Assembly: GCA_907165135.1 (NCBI GenBank)
Contig: OU015567.1
Coordinates: forward strand, 248,001 to 312,000
DNA length: 64,000 nucleotides
Direction: 5' to 3'
From: Oikopleura dioica
Lineage: Eukaryota > Animalia > Chordata
The translations under genes and the position numbers were made by a program. Below the pieces are notes generated by a model. The model saw only the letters and a program-made list of their open reading frames with translations, searched no databases and had not been told where the DNA came from. This document shows, piece by piece, positions 48,055 to 60,187 of this stretch (position 1 is its first letter; every line of letters starts with the position of its first letter).

Positions 48055-50170
48055 ATGAACAAATCGGTGCTTTTTTCTTTCATTTTTCTCCAATTTCTAA
48101 TTTTATATGGATTTTATCATGTTAAATTCCTTCAATTTGAGACAACTTATTCAAAAGAGACAAGTTTACAGGCTCAAGAAAACGAAATCAAGGAAGAGAA
48201 TCGATTTGGAACTTGGGAGTTTCTTCAAGGGTCGTATCTTTCCGAATGCATTTCAACTGGTTGCGAGGATTTTAAGGACTTTGGGAAGGCAAAGAAATTA
48301 TGCGAGATGCTTGATCATTGTGAGGGAGTCACCCTTATTTCGAAAACTCGGCTATTTTCACTAAGCGAGGGTGGGCAAATCCTCAGCGATTATTTCCAGA
48401 CCCTTAAAAGAATGATGACAATGTTGAATTAAAGGCTTCTGATTGGTTGAAGCGGGAAATACCAGCTTCTTATTGGTTCTTTCGTTGCTCCTCTACCTCA
48501 ATCTCTTGTTATTATGAGCGATTTGTCCACCCTAGCGAAGAAAAAATATTAAAGAAAAGACCAAATTACATTTTGAGCAATCATGGCGTCTCCATCGCTC
48601 AAAAACTGGCATCTCTGATGATGATAGTATTTGGGAGTTTCACGAGCATACGTATCTACCCGACATGATAAACAAACCTTTCTCCACATTATCGGAAGCA
48701 AAAGACGCTTGTTCGGAGCAAAAATTATGCTCCGGCGTGACTTATCAGCTTGGAAAATTCTCAATGAGAACTGGTCTTCGTCTTGAAAACAGTGCAAAAG
48801 CAGTTTCTTGGGTTGATAAAACAAAGCTAGAATGCATCAGATCTTTTTCAACAGAGAAGAGGAAAAAATTAATCGAATGGGATCAGTTTAATTCAGAATT
48901 AAGGAGCTTCCGCGGTCGGGATGATGATGGAAACTGCTTGTATCCGAAGCATATTGATTCAATTCTAGAGTTCGACCCGAATCTTGCTTTTGATATTTTA
49001 GAGTCGCCCGGAAAATGCAGAAAAACGACGAGAAAATCGAGCTTGATTCTTTTTGGCATCAAGTCGATTCCGGACAATTTTGAGCAAAGAGCAGCGATGA
49101 GAAATACCTGGTTGAATCCTCAAATCTGGCGGGAACTCGGGTAGGAAGTTTTTCTTCTAGCGAGTATGAATGGAAAGCTCTAGGTATGATATAAGAGTCG
49201 TCTTCCTCCTTGGAAACCCGGGTGATATCGATTTGTCAGCGGAAACACGCGTACATGAGGATGTTCTTATCCTCGACTTTACCGAATCACACTATAATTT
49301 ACCCTTCAAGGATAAAGCGTTCTTACAGTTCTTTGCGGAAAACTGTTCTCATGCTGATTTTCTTTTCAAGGTACTTCAGTACTTTCTCGGCTCGAAAACC
49401 TGTGCTGAATTCCTGAGACAGGACTTCGGCCTTTCAGCACCCTGACTCAGGAATTCTGCGCAGGTTTTCGAGCCGAAAATATTTTCTTGTTAGAAATTAC
49501 CTTCAAATTTAGGGCGACGATGATATTTTTCTCCGACCCGAAAAGTTTGTCAAGATTTTTGAAGAAATAGAAGATGACGAAGCTATAGGATGCTGCCATG
49601 CTAGAAGAATTGATCTGAAATCGGAAAATGCTGGCTACCCCGAAGATCAAAGCCTTTGCGAAGGAAGCAGAGTTCCAGAGCCAGTTCGTGATCCGACATC
49701 TAAATATTTCATCCCTCGGCAATTGTACAAAGCTGGGCTCGACAACCTGTGTTGAAACCTGAGTCAGGGTCCTGAAAACGCTTTGACCCTTATAAAGCCT
49801 GTATCAGGCCCTGACTCAGGTTTCTACACAGGTTTCCGAGCCTTGCAACAAAGGTTCTCATTACGGCGATTATTTCTCCGGTGCTGCTTACGTAACAACA
49901 AGAAAATTCACCGAAAAACTGATTTCTCAAATTCCGAATGTTCCAATTATCCCACTTGATGATGTCTGGATTGGCTTGCTTATCGACGATGCAAAACTGC
50001 GATCGAAGATGCGATTTTCAAGAGGCATCTGTACTGCGCTTCTTAAATTTAATGCTCTGAAAATCGAAGATGTTTTGGAGATTTTCAAACTGCCAGTTTT
50101 TCATGGACTCAAAAATCACATACTTATTGAAGAATTATTCAGCTTTTTTAACGAAAAAAAATTGCTATGA
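48055..50170 (+). CDS. GT31 beta-1,3-galactosyl/GlcNAc-transferase with two N-terminal Cys modules
   Basis: Type II TM; IKSIPDNFEQRAAMRNTW, VVFLLG, DFTESHYNL..K, FLFK|GDDD, YFSGAAY and LDDVWIG. Confidence 0.85.
49389..49474. mobile_element. CCTGAGTCAGG-family MITE in GT31 intron 49371-49512
   Basis: GGCTCGAAAACCTG ... CAGGTTTTCGAGCC. Confidence 0.85.
49736..49842. mobile_element. CCTGAGTCAGG-family MITE whose first base is the start of a GG-AG intron (49736-49853)
   Basis: Among G-initiated donors near the junction, only this one preserves the GT31 frame (YKAG|SHYGDYFSG). Confidence 0.85.
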
Positions 50171-50759
50171 AAAACACTCAAATTTACTGCCTTTTTAAAA
50201 AATAAAATACAAAAGAACTCGAAATTTTTTATTGCTTTCTGACCCCGCGAAATTGTATTTCAGACACAGTGACCAAAAATCTGTTTGTCCGAGATCTCCG
50301 GAATTTTTCGATTCAAAATTTTTAAGGTTGAATTTCGCTTTCCGGAACTGTGCGTTTAACTCTAATTAGAATCAATCATTTCTCTCTCAGGGGCAAATCA
50401 AGCTATCTTTCATGATTCAGAAACGAGATTCCATTTCGTCGCTTGCCGTCTAGAGGGAAAATGCCTGCGTTTTTTTTCAAGAAAATTTTTATTCAAATTT
50501 GAATTAAAATCATCCTGCTAAGGGTAATCTTTTATATTGTAATAGGGATTCTTGAAGCATAAATTCATCATTTTTAGGAAGATTTTGACGTTTGCCTCGT
50601 AAAAATGAGTTTTATTTTTAAATATTCTCAATGCCCTGCCGTAAAAAATGAGTTTTTCGCCCACTAAAATACTCTCATCATTAGTTGCCTTCAGACTCTG
50701 CAGCTTATATAATTGCGATCGTCCCTTGATTCTCACATTTTACAAAAGAGGCCAACCTC

Positions 50760-52907
50760 ATGGTAATTTCAAGTTATAATATATTATTTTGATGGGAATT
50801 TTGAGGAGAAAACATACTCACAATCCTTCATTGAAGAACCGAGTCGGAATTCTAGAGGAGACGAAAATGCGAAGATCGTTGTAAATCATGATAATGGTGA
50901 TCAAACGACAAACATCTCCTTAGAAAACCAGCGTGAGAAAACTTCAAAGAAATCGTGTTTTCAGAGATTGAAAGAGACACATATTGTTTATAAAATTCTT
51001 GCCCTCCTGGTCGGAATCACGATTATTTTTGGGCCGATAGTTGTTTTACCGCCAATAATGCTAAAGGTTCACTGAAAAATAAGCGTCAAGATTGAACCAC
51101 TTCAACTTATGTTTTAGCAATCAGCGATAACAACTCAATCTACTCAACAACGACCAGATCCGGTTAGATGTTTTTTACATATGACAGACCTGATTTTTTC
51201 ATTCGAGGAAATTTCAGTTAGTTGGGATAAATATTTCAGTACAGTAAGAAGAGACTTTTAGTTTCTCCCGAAGGCCTCCCAAAAGTAAAAGTACTAGTGA
51301 GGTGTAGTTCCTAACCCTAAGGCCTAACCTAGGGGGCTTCACCCCATTGGAACCCCCCCCTTAACACTAACGAGAAAGGAGATTACCGAAATATTTTTCC
51401 ATACTACGAAATTTCATTCGCCGACCATAAATTGATTTTTCAGATTGATGCTAACATTGTGGTTCTCCAGTCAAATGAATTGTCCTATTCTTACTTATTC
51501 TCTGGCGATGGACTTTCAAAAAGCCCAATAAACATCCAGCTAACTTCAACTTATCCAGATCAACTTGTCCCTGATGTCGATCAATTTGGCAGCGCTTTCG
51601 CGGTCGTTAAAGGAGAAATACACATTTTTGGTGGCTACAATAATCCTCAAATGGTAATTACCAAAAAAAAAATATTTTTAAGGGGGTAGAAACAGTTTCC
51701 TCGATTTTGGACTGCAGCTACATAGAAGAAAACATAAAATTTAGTTATGTTCACGAAATTTCCTCATGAATGTTCCAAGAAAAAGAGTTAAGCTTCACAA
51801 AAATGTGAATGAAATTTGTATAACTATAAGGGGACTCGAAATATACATGTTTAAAAATTTAGGAAAATCGAGAATTTCGGAGAGATGAGCTGCTTCTGAG
51901 CCCGTTTACTCAAAAATTTGATGACTAAAACAAATTTCGAGAGAGATGTTCCTAGATCTAAGATGTATCTATCTAAACCTGAACAGAAAATTTGAAAATT
52001 TAAGATTCTCTTGTCTGTAGCGCCGGTTAAAAATAGTTCGGAAAAAAGCTGTTTCTACCCCCTTAAAGACCCCCTTAAAGATTTGACACTTTAGTAATTA
52101 CAGTTAAGATCGCAAAAGTGTCAGAAGAAGCGTGCGAAATTGATCATGTGCGTCAATGGGATTTCTTTCATATTTTTCGGTATCCAGTCGAATTGGTCAT
52201 CGAGTACAAAAATGGATTTGCTGCAATCGCAATTAATAACGGAGAGAAAGGTAGAATTATGTTTTCTTCCGTTTCTAACTCTTTTCAGCGCTGATCTGCT
52301 TTGAGAATCTCGGTCAGAAAAAGTGTGAAATCTTTGATGGAGCGCGGTCAAAATCAACCCACTTGACAGTTTTCAAGCATTTTTATGGCAGTCTTGGCCA
52401 TTACGAAGGCCAGCCGACAACAGTCGGAGGCGTAGAATACGGCAAAAAAGAGAGTTTTTTTTCTTTCCATTATTGGCATAATTCAATTCAAGTGTCAATA
52501 TACGTTCACACACACTCATTGGACTGGAGTCTGGAGCGATGCTGATGCTTGGTGGATACAACATTGAGGGATTTCTGTCAAACGATTACGAGGGATCTAC
52601 CAAAGACATTTGGCTGCTTAAAGATAAAATTTGGACGCAAATTGGCGTTCTGAACGAGGTGAGAAAATATCCTTATGGAAAATGATTTTCATCTTCGACA
52701 AAGTATTGTGAAGATGGCTCAGCATTGAAGATTGATGATTACATCTACCTTGTCTCTGGCGGAATAAAAGATTCGAATGGCCTCTACCCAGTTGAACGAA
52801 TCAAAATTGTCAACGACGAAGTCATCCACACAAAGGTCATCGGGGGACACGAGTTTCGCAGCGAAGCTCCAGTTATTTTCGAAGCATCTGCTAATTTTTG
52901 CGTGTAA
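50760..52907 (+). CDS. Type II membrane kelch/galactose-oxidase-like propeller protein (start approximate)
   Basis: TM ILALLVGITIIFGPIVVL; VVKGEIHIFGGY, ALICFE..KKCEIFDG, YEGQPTTVGG, MLMLGGY, IWLLKDKIWTQIG, YIYLVSGG. Confidence 0.75.
51682..52062. mobile_element. TTAA-flanked MITE (Kolobok-like), intronic
   Basis: Perfect 14-bp TIR GGGGGTAGAAACAG, TTAA on both sides, followed by a duplicated CCCCCTTAA. Confidence 0.8.
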
Positions 52908-53513
52908 AACAAGCTTTTTATCCATCCCATATTTTCTGTTTTTCATGATCTGACTAAATTAATTTTTGAAATCAAAGAATAATGCCCGCGTCTGTTTTCT
53001 CAGTTAACTGCCATTTTATTTCTAGAAATTCTTTTTAAGTCCATTTTAATAAACAAGCACGAACTGTTATAAAAGGTCAGGTAATGCTACCTAGGTTATA
53101 TCAATAATTAGCAAACATAGAAATCTACAGTATTCTATTTTCACACGATTGATGCTGCTGATTTGATCATTTTGTTAAATAAATAATCAGATTATAACGA
53201 TAGCCCGTCAAATTTGCTAACTCATTCGGTGGGCTCCGCTGCTTTCGGCCATTTTCATAATTGAACAATTTTCAGCCAAAGAGGAACAAAAAAGAAAAAA
53301 AGAAAGAAATCGGCTTTCAAAGAGGATGAGTTCAAATTCAGAGAGGAAAGAAAACTACAAAACCTTCGGTAAGTAAAATAGATCTCAGGCCTCTATTAGC
53401 TTCGCTTTTCGTAGCGAAACGAGGCGACTCAAAAATATCTTCTGTAGCTGATTTTTGACTCGCCTAGCTTCGCGTAAAACTTGACTTTCGGCAGCTTCCC
53501 CCGGGTTAACAAA

Positions 53514-53750
53514 GTGACACCCTTATTTTATTTGCATGAAAAAGATTAACAAAAATGCTTTATAAAATTTCGCTTCAAAAAATATTCTTTTTTCGAGCCG
53601 TAGCGAAGCGAGGCAACTAAATATAATTTCTGTACCTGATTTTTGACTCGCCTCGCTTCGCTGCGGCTCGAAAGTAGAATATTTTCTGAAGCGAAAGCTA
53701 ATAAAACATTTTTCTTAACCTCTTTTGTGCAAATAATATATGGGTGTCAC
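53514..53750. mobile_element. Degenerate foldback with a GCGAAGCGAGG inner hairpin
   Basis: Imperfect arms of about 110 bp, GTGACACCC... / ...GGGTGTCAC; CGAGCCGTAGCGAAGCGAGG / CCTCGCTTCGCTGCGGCTCG. Confidence 0.6.
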
Positions 53751-54132
53751 TTGGTAAAACTGACAAAAGTGCTGTTGAAAGTCAAGTTTAACGCTCGATA
53801 AAACCTTAATCAACTCGATGACTCTTTTTCAGTATAATGATTAATTTATGTTCAAACCGAGTTGTCTCCCCCTCGCTTTTTCTAATAGCCCGTCAGAGCG
53901 GACAAAAATCAATATCAAAGTAAACAGACAGTTCTTTTATTAAAAGTCATCGCTATTTGGCTTCTTGCATTTTGAAAAGTCGCGCGAGACAATCGAGAGC
54001 GAATCGACCAGCGTGGCAGGCCCGCTGGCTCAGTACTCGTCATCTTTCTTCCCACCAAAGCGCTTTTTGAGATTTTTTAATAGAGAGCTTCATAAAATCA
54101 TAAAAAGAGAATTCTGAAAAAAACAACAGAAT

Positions 54133-55276
54133 ATGACCGACGAAGGTAATTATCTTATTCAAAAAAATTCTGTTAATTATTTAAATGATTGGAAGTTTTT
54201 TCCACTCATTCGACTAAAAATCTTTTCATTTGATGAAAAAATTTATTTTTGATTGAAAAATGAATCTTATTTCAAGAAGGCGGCTCGAATCGAGAAAAAA
54301 GAGCGCAAAATTTGACCAAAATTTTGGTCAAATTTAAGACCAATCAGATTGACGCATTAATTTTGAGCCAATAAGATTAAAGAAAATATTGATAAAATAT
54401 CAATTTTTTCTTAAATCTGATTGGTCTACCGGTCGAATGCGACAATCTGACTGGTCTAAAGATAACTCAAAATTTGGTCATTATCTCCGCATTTTTTGTA
54501 GATTCATGGCGCGGCCCTCGTTTTTTAAATGAATAGTTATTTTTTTCGAGTCACAATTCGCAAATAAAACTGCGCGAAATGAGTCAATGATCTTTTGTTT
54601 GACAGGCTCCGTAGACGAATCCGCGAAAGCGAAAAGACCCAACTCCGCTAATTATTTGTTTCTTTTCAGAAATGGGAAACGCGCAAGATGCAAATGAGAA
54701 TATGACGCTGACAACAGAACAGGAAAAGCCGCAGACTTGTCTACAGAGAGCATTGAGCTGTTCCTGCACGATTTTGTGCGTCGTATTTGGTAAGTTCTCT
54801 TTTACTAATTTTTATAAAAGAAATTTTTTGGAAATGGTTTTTAAGAAACCAAGGCCTGAGTTCAGAAACCTGTGCTAGGAACCTGAGTCAGGGTTTCGAA
54901 AGAGCTTTCGATACTCTGACTCAGGTTTACCGCTCAGGTGCTCTTTTCATCTTTAAAGAAGGGTTAAGCCAATGAAATTGCTCGAATTTCTGCCAAAGCC
55001 AATAAGAAAGGCCCATTTTTTGCTTTTATTTGCTGTACAAAAAGGGCGCACTTTTCATTTGAAAAGTCAGCCCAAAGAAAGTCACGTTTAATTATCATCA
55101 TTTCAGGAATCTCCCTTGGAGTCGGATTCGGCCTGCCCTTCGGCTACCTCGCTGCCTTCCTCTTCGCGATCATCGCTGGCCCTCTCTACTGCTGCGGCTA
55201 CCGATTCGACCCGGCGACAACTTCCGTCTACAAAAAAGGCCAAACTCCTCCTCAAGCTCCTGCTCAAAACGTCTAG
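54133..55276 (+). CDS. Small (about 100 aa) hydrophobic membrane protein, 3 exons
   Basis: Exons 54133-54145, 54670-54789 and 55107-55276 splice in phase: MTDEEMGN..CSCTILCVVFGISLGVGFGLPFGYLAAFLFAIIAGPLYCCGY. Confidence 0.75.
54854..54940. mobile_element. Diverged CCTGAGTCAGG-family MITE, intronic
   Basis: AACCTGTGCTAGGAACCTGAGTCAGGG ... CTCTGACTCAGGTTT. Confidence 0.65.
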
Positions 55277-55487
55277 ACTAAAACTATCTTCTTCCAGCAC
55301 TCTCTCCAGACAAAACTGACTGTACATGTTTTGACATACGATTCTTCTCCTAGCAATTTTCGATGAAGGCAAAAAAAAAGAAAACTGAAGCTGCAATGAT
55401 TTTTGACAAATTTAAAATTCATCTTTTAATTTTTGTAAATAAACAATTAAAAAATGACAATTGAAGAGATTTTTATTGGAGGATAAT

Positions 55488-58400
55488 TTGGGTCAAGCTT
55501 TTTGAGGTTCTTTTGGTGCCAAATCCGGTCGGTCTTTTCGCAAAAGCAGATTATATACATCATCATCGGTATTTTTAACTTCGGCATTTTGGGAGTTGAA
55601 AGAGAGAAACGGATCCGTGGTTGAAGAGGACTTTTTGGCAGAGGGAGTTTTTTGAACTTCGCGGAGTGAAACTAGAAATGTTGAGGAGAAATGACTGTAG
55701 TCGATTGCAAACCTTGAGCTCGTTGAACAGTAGTGCCTCGAAGACGGTTGACGAGAAAGACAAAAGCGCCTGGAAGATCGGAGTTTTTCATTTCTTCGGA
55801 GGACCCATCTGGATATCGAATATTTGCTTGACGGACCTACAAAATTGAGATTTACCCTTTAATCTTTCATCCTGGAACTTACGTTTCCAGCTCCAATGGA
55901 TCGATCACCGACGAAAATTCTCAGCGATCCTCCTGGCTTTTGCTTCTGACTCGCGTCATATGTATTTATCAGATGTCCGACCCTTAATTTTCATCAAAAA
56001 GGGAGGAGTTTATAAGTAGTTACAGAGGATGACGATCTTGGACGAACAGTTCCGTATCGATTCTCGGGTCTCCATCGACAATTTCATCGAATCGAAGGAT
56101 CAAATGGCTCCCTAGCCCTTTGGAATCGTTCGTCGAGATGTCTGTGTAGCTTGCGGTTCCGTCTAGTTTTCCGGAATCGAAGATGAAGTTGAGAATGAAA
56201 CCATCTCGGAGGCAGAGGATAAGCGATCGAATTCCGCCATCGCGATCCGAATCGTCCTGGACGGAAGCAAACACGCCTCCGGTTAGGAATAACTCGTCCT
56301 TTGTCAGCATGCTTTGATGGACTTGATTTTTAAATCAGACCTTTTTTTATTTCAAAAGACCACAACTTACTTTCTCGTTCCCCACGAAGGCCCTTTTCAT
56401 CACCAGTTTTCCACATTTGCCTGACTTTCGAAAACTAAATCATTAAAATAAAAGTTCAATTAGCACCTTGAGCAACTCACATTTTGCGGTTTAGACTTGG
56501 CCCTCATCGTGTTGATTCGTTGGCTTTCATGCAGCTCTAGATGATCTGGGTTGTCTTGCACAGTCTCTTCTTTTCTGGCAACCACTTCCGGGCGGATCAT
56601 GCTTTCGTGCAGGCTCACTCGGTTTTCTTTCGAAATATCGTCCACGGATTTTTTCGCGAATCGTCGGCGAATTCCGCTGAAAGAGAGATTGACACCCTAA
56701 AATCTAACCGCAAATACCTAAAGCCCTTGGACCTTCGTGGAGCGGGTTGGTTCTCTTCCGTTCCGTTAGGGTCACCAGAATTTCTTGAAAAAAGAGTATC
56801 CACTGAGTGATCCCTAAATTTTCTCCTCGACTCTTGAAACTCCTTTGAGCGTCCTCTTGGCTGCGCCGGAGGAGACATAAAGGAAAGATTCTTCGAAGCA
56901 GATTGAGGTCGAGGTTCCGAAAGTTTTTTCGTCGAAAGATCGGTGAAATCGCTTCCTTGGCCTTTGAAATTGTTCATGTATCCGTAGTACCAGGCGCGGC
57001 CGGGACCGGTTTTAGAGATTTTGCGCACCGCTAAGAAAAATTTCAAACAGTAAAATTTATGAAAATGGTACATGAATCGGTGCTGACGATGGAACAGGTG
57101 TCATCGTCAGGAGTTTGTCTGCCAGACATCATCATTGACTGAACTCCGACTGGTCGAGGACCGGGGGTTGTAGAAGCTGTGCTACCCGCTTATCATGGTT
57201 TTTCAAATGCCTTTTCCTTCAAAAAAAAGGAAAGAAAAACCCGTTTCCTGATTTTCTTTGCCTTGTTGGTGACATCACATGACTCGGGCTCGATGTTCTC
57301 GGCGGGAGCTCCTTATCACTAACCGCCATTTCTTGAACTTTTCTAACAGGACTTTGAGCTCTTGATCGAAGCGTCTTTACATTGATTTTCGGCTTTTCCC
57401 CTGGAGTTGGTGGAGCAATTTTTCGCGGAGTGATTGAGCCAATTTTCTGAAATTAAAATTTCATTACTGTACTTTTCTGTTTTGGGAATTTTTACCACGA
57501 TATTTGTTGCGGCCGGTTTTCGCTGGACTTCGTTGACTGTTGGTTTGATTTGGTTCTGGTCGTCTGCAAAACCGGAATCTGTTGTTATGGTCGAGCTGGG
57601 AATTCTAGCGTGGCTTTCGATAGATCTTTCGCTCTCAGATCTTTCTGGTGGGGAAGGTTCTTTTTGACTGTTGATTTTGATCGTTGTTTGGGAAGTTTCG
57701 GGCATTTTCTCTTGAAAGTGCGGCCAATTCGGATTTCTTCGTTTTTCCTCTTTTATTCTCTCTTCTTCGACTTTTGAAGAAGCTTTGATATTGTTGAAAT
57801 ACGGCTTGTAGGAAAGCTTGAAAAACAGAGAGTGAATGCAGAAGATGTGGAATATTGTTACTTGAGGACGTTTTTTAGGGCTGATTTGCCCTGTCGCCGG
57901 ATTTGACACTTCTATCCGCGCTTCCGGGGGCGAGACAGCTGCTTGAGAAGTTCTCGTTGTCGTATTATTCAGAGGAGCCACGTGATTTTCTAAGGGAAAC
58001 GAAGTTGAGTAAGTTTTTTGGTATGTTGTTTGCTTGTTTTTGAGTTCTTGAATTATTATTCTCTTAAAAAAATGATTAAAATCGAGTGCAATTGAGGTCA
58101 AAAGAGGTCAAATGATATCAGAATCAACAAATATGACCTTTGAAAGATATTCAGTGGCAAAAATTGGCATTCTTTGAGAAATTTTGTTAGAAAAAATATA
58201 ATATTTACTCTGATTTTCATGAAACTCTAAGCTGGGGATGATGATGCCAGTAAGTCAGCAAGCTGCTACTGTAAATAATCGGTGATTTGGGTCGTTGTTT
58301 CTTTGACTCTCTTTTCTCTTCGCTCTTCAAATCCATATCCTCTTATCAATCCCTTTTTTGCATTTCTTATCAGTAGTAAGAGTATCCTGCTGAGGCTCTT

Positions 58401-58875
58401 TTTTGATAAGAATTTGTCACGTGACGTAGAAGAGCGAAGAAAACAACTCGTCTCGCTCATAAAGATGCGTGATTTAGCGATCGACATTTCATCCCCAGCT
58501 TTTCGAGTTCAAACTTACTTTTCTGAAAAGTTGATTTTCTGAAAGAAGGCGATGGTTTTGGGGACGGTTCTGAATCTTCCTGAGTCGTGACTTTGAAACG
58601 GGCTCAGTTCTGTTTTATACAGTCAGGTGATTAGGCAAAAGGCTACAGTTAGCACCTGAAGGTAATGATCAATGAATTTAGGGGGGTGAGTAAGCGCTAG
58701 AATTAGCTAGGTAGTGAGCCCAAGACTGAGTCAGACGCCGAACTCACTGACTTTTTATGATGAGAAATCTCCTGAAAGTCCTCTGCTGGAGCAAAGTTTT
58801 CTTCACAAATGCTCGCTGGAGAATAGACGGACTCCCGAACAGAGGAGGAGTCGAAAATTTCTTCCTTGATTTCAT
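55488..58875 (-). CDS. Large hypothetical multi-exon protein, low-complexity N-terminal half
   Basis: ORFs 57343-58101, 56615-57073, 56460-56645 and 56020-56310 with splice sites; not recognised. Confidence 0.5.
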
Positions 58876-60187
58876 CCGGCGTCAGGGTGCGATTCGAGTC
58901 CGGGCAGATTGTTGAAGAGTTGAAAGAATTCGAAGAATTGATAGAACTGATACTAGAGTAGACGGAAGAGGAGGATTTGTATGCTTGGCGGGCGGTTTTT
59001 GCTGGAGCTGTTTTTGGACGACCTACTTTTGTTTAAGAAATTTAGCCAAAGAAAAACCATAAAAATTGAACAAAGAAAAAGACCTGAGAGAGAAATGTTA
59101 AATGACGATGACATTTTCCTGTTTCAATTCTCTCTTCTTCAATAAAAACACTAGAATTTGAAGCTTTTTTCTAGTAAAGAAGTGCTCATTTCCGTCGTTG
59201 GTTGTGTTAATAGGGCCGCGTCACCCAGGTCAGTGCTCTGGCTGCTTTACTTTTTTGGTGATAACGATTTTATTTCACACGCGCTTGCGGCCCTTTTTTA
59301 GCATCTTTTTAGTTAGACAAGACTTTGGTCGTCCAATGTTTATTCTGTTTGGAGAGGGTTTAAAAGGGTTGAGTAAGAAGAGTTGTCCAAAGCTGGCACG
59401 ATTTGATTTGATTGATTTAGACGAGGCGGATTAGAAGCTCCGACAATGACGTCACCGCAGAATCGGCAGGTGGCAACGGGAAGACACCTGCCACTGACCG
59501 CACTTGTCTCCCAAAACCGACCTTCAATACCGCAATTGCGCCACTTTGAGAGGTGCCAAATTTTGGCAATTCTAGAGCTCTAGAATCCATAGAAGCAAAT
59601 GGGTTCAACTTTCAACGAAAAAAACTCCGTCTCTTTTATTTATTGAGAAACGTTTTTTCTCTGTAAAATCTAGCTGGCTCTAGAAAAAGGCAGTAAATTA
59701 ACCTTTTCCGTTGATTTTCAACTCTACGTGACTGTGATGTTCCTGTTTTAGAGTCTAAATGTCAGCTGCCTCTAAACTGCTATTTTGCATATTAATGTGA
59801 TTCTGACAGTAAGAGAACAAGGTCAGTAATGAAGATTGCTGGCTGAATATCGCCGCTAATGAGCGCGACCGATCGGCGGTCATATAGAAGGTGATTTTGA
59901 TTATCCGCCGCTACCCCAGTCGGAAATTATGTCACCAGCTCTAAACGACAATCAACGCCAAATGGCAACACTCTTTTTTAACAAAAAATCTAAGACCGGC
60001 TCGCTGAGAGTTTCCAGTTCAGCGGATTTGTTGGAAATCAAAAGCCGCGGGCGGCTTTTTTTTCCAGTTTAGCAGCTTGATTTTTTCATTGAAGGTTCAA
60101 TGAAGTGTAAATGAAACTGAGTCACTAAGTAAGATTAACATCATCTTCAGGGGCGAGATTAGCAGTGGATCAGAATGGTAGTAAGAA

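Noticed and set aside
59446-59453. Perfect CRE TGACGTCA as a regulatory site
   Set aside because: It is a single 8-mer with no assignable transcription start site.
60040-60064. AAAAGCCGCGGGCGGCTTTTTTTTT as a rho-independent terminator (also at 6391-6409)
   Set aside because: The context is eukaryotic, and the second copy lies in a MITE. It is more likely a small repeat motif.
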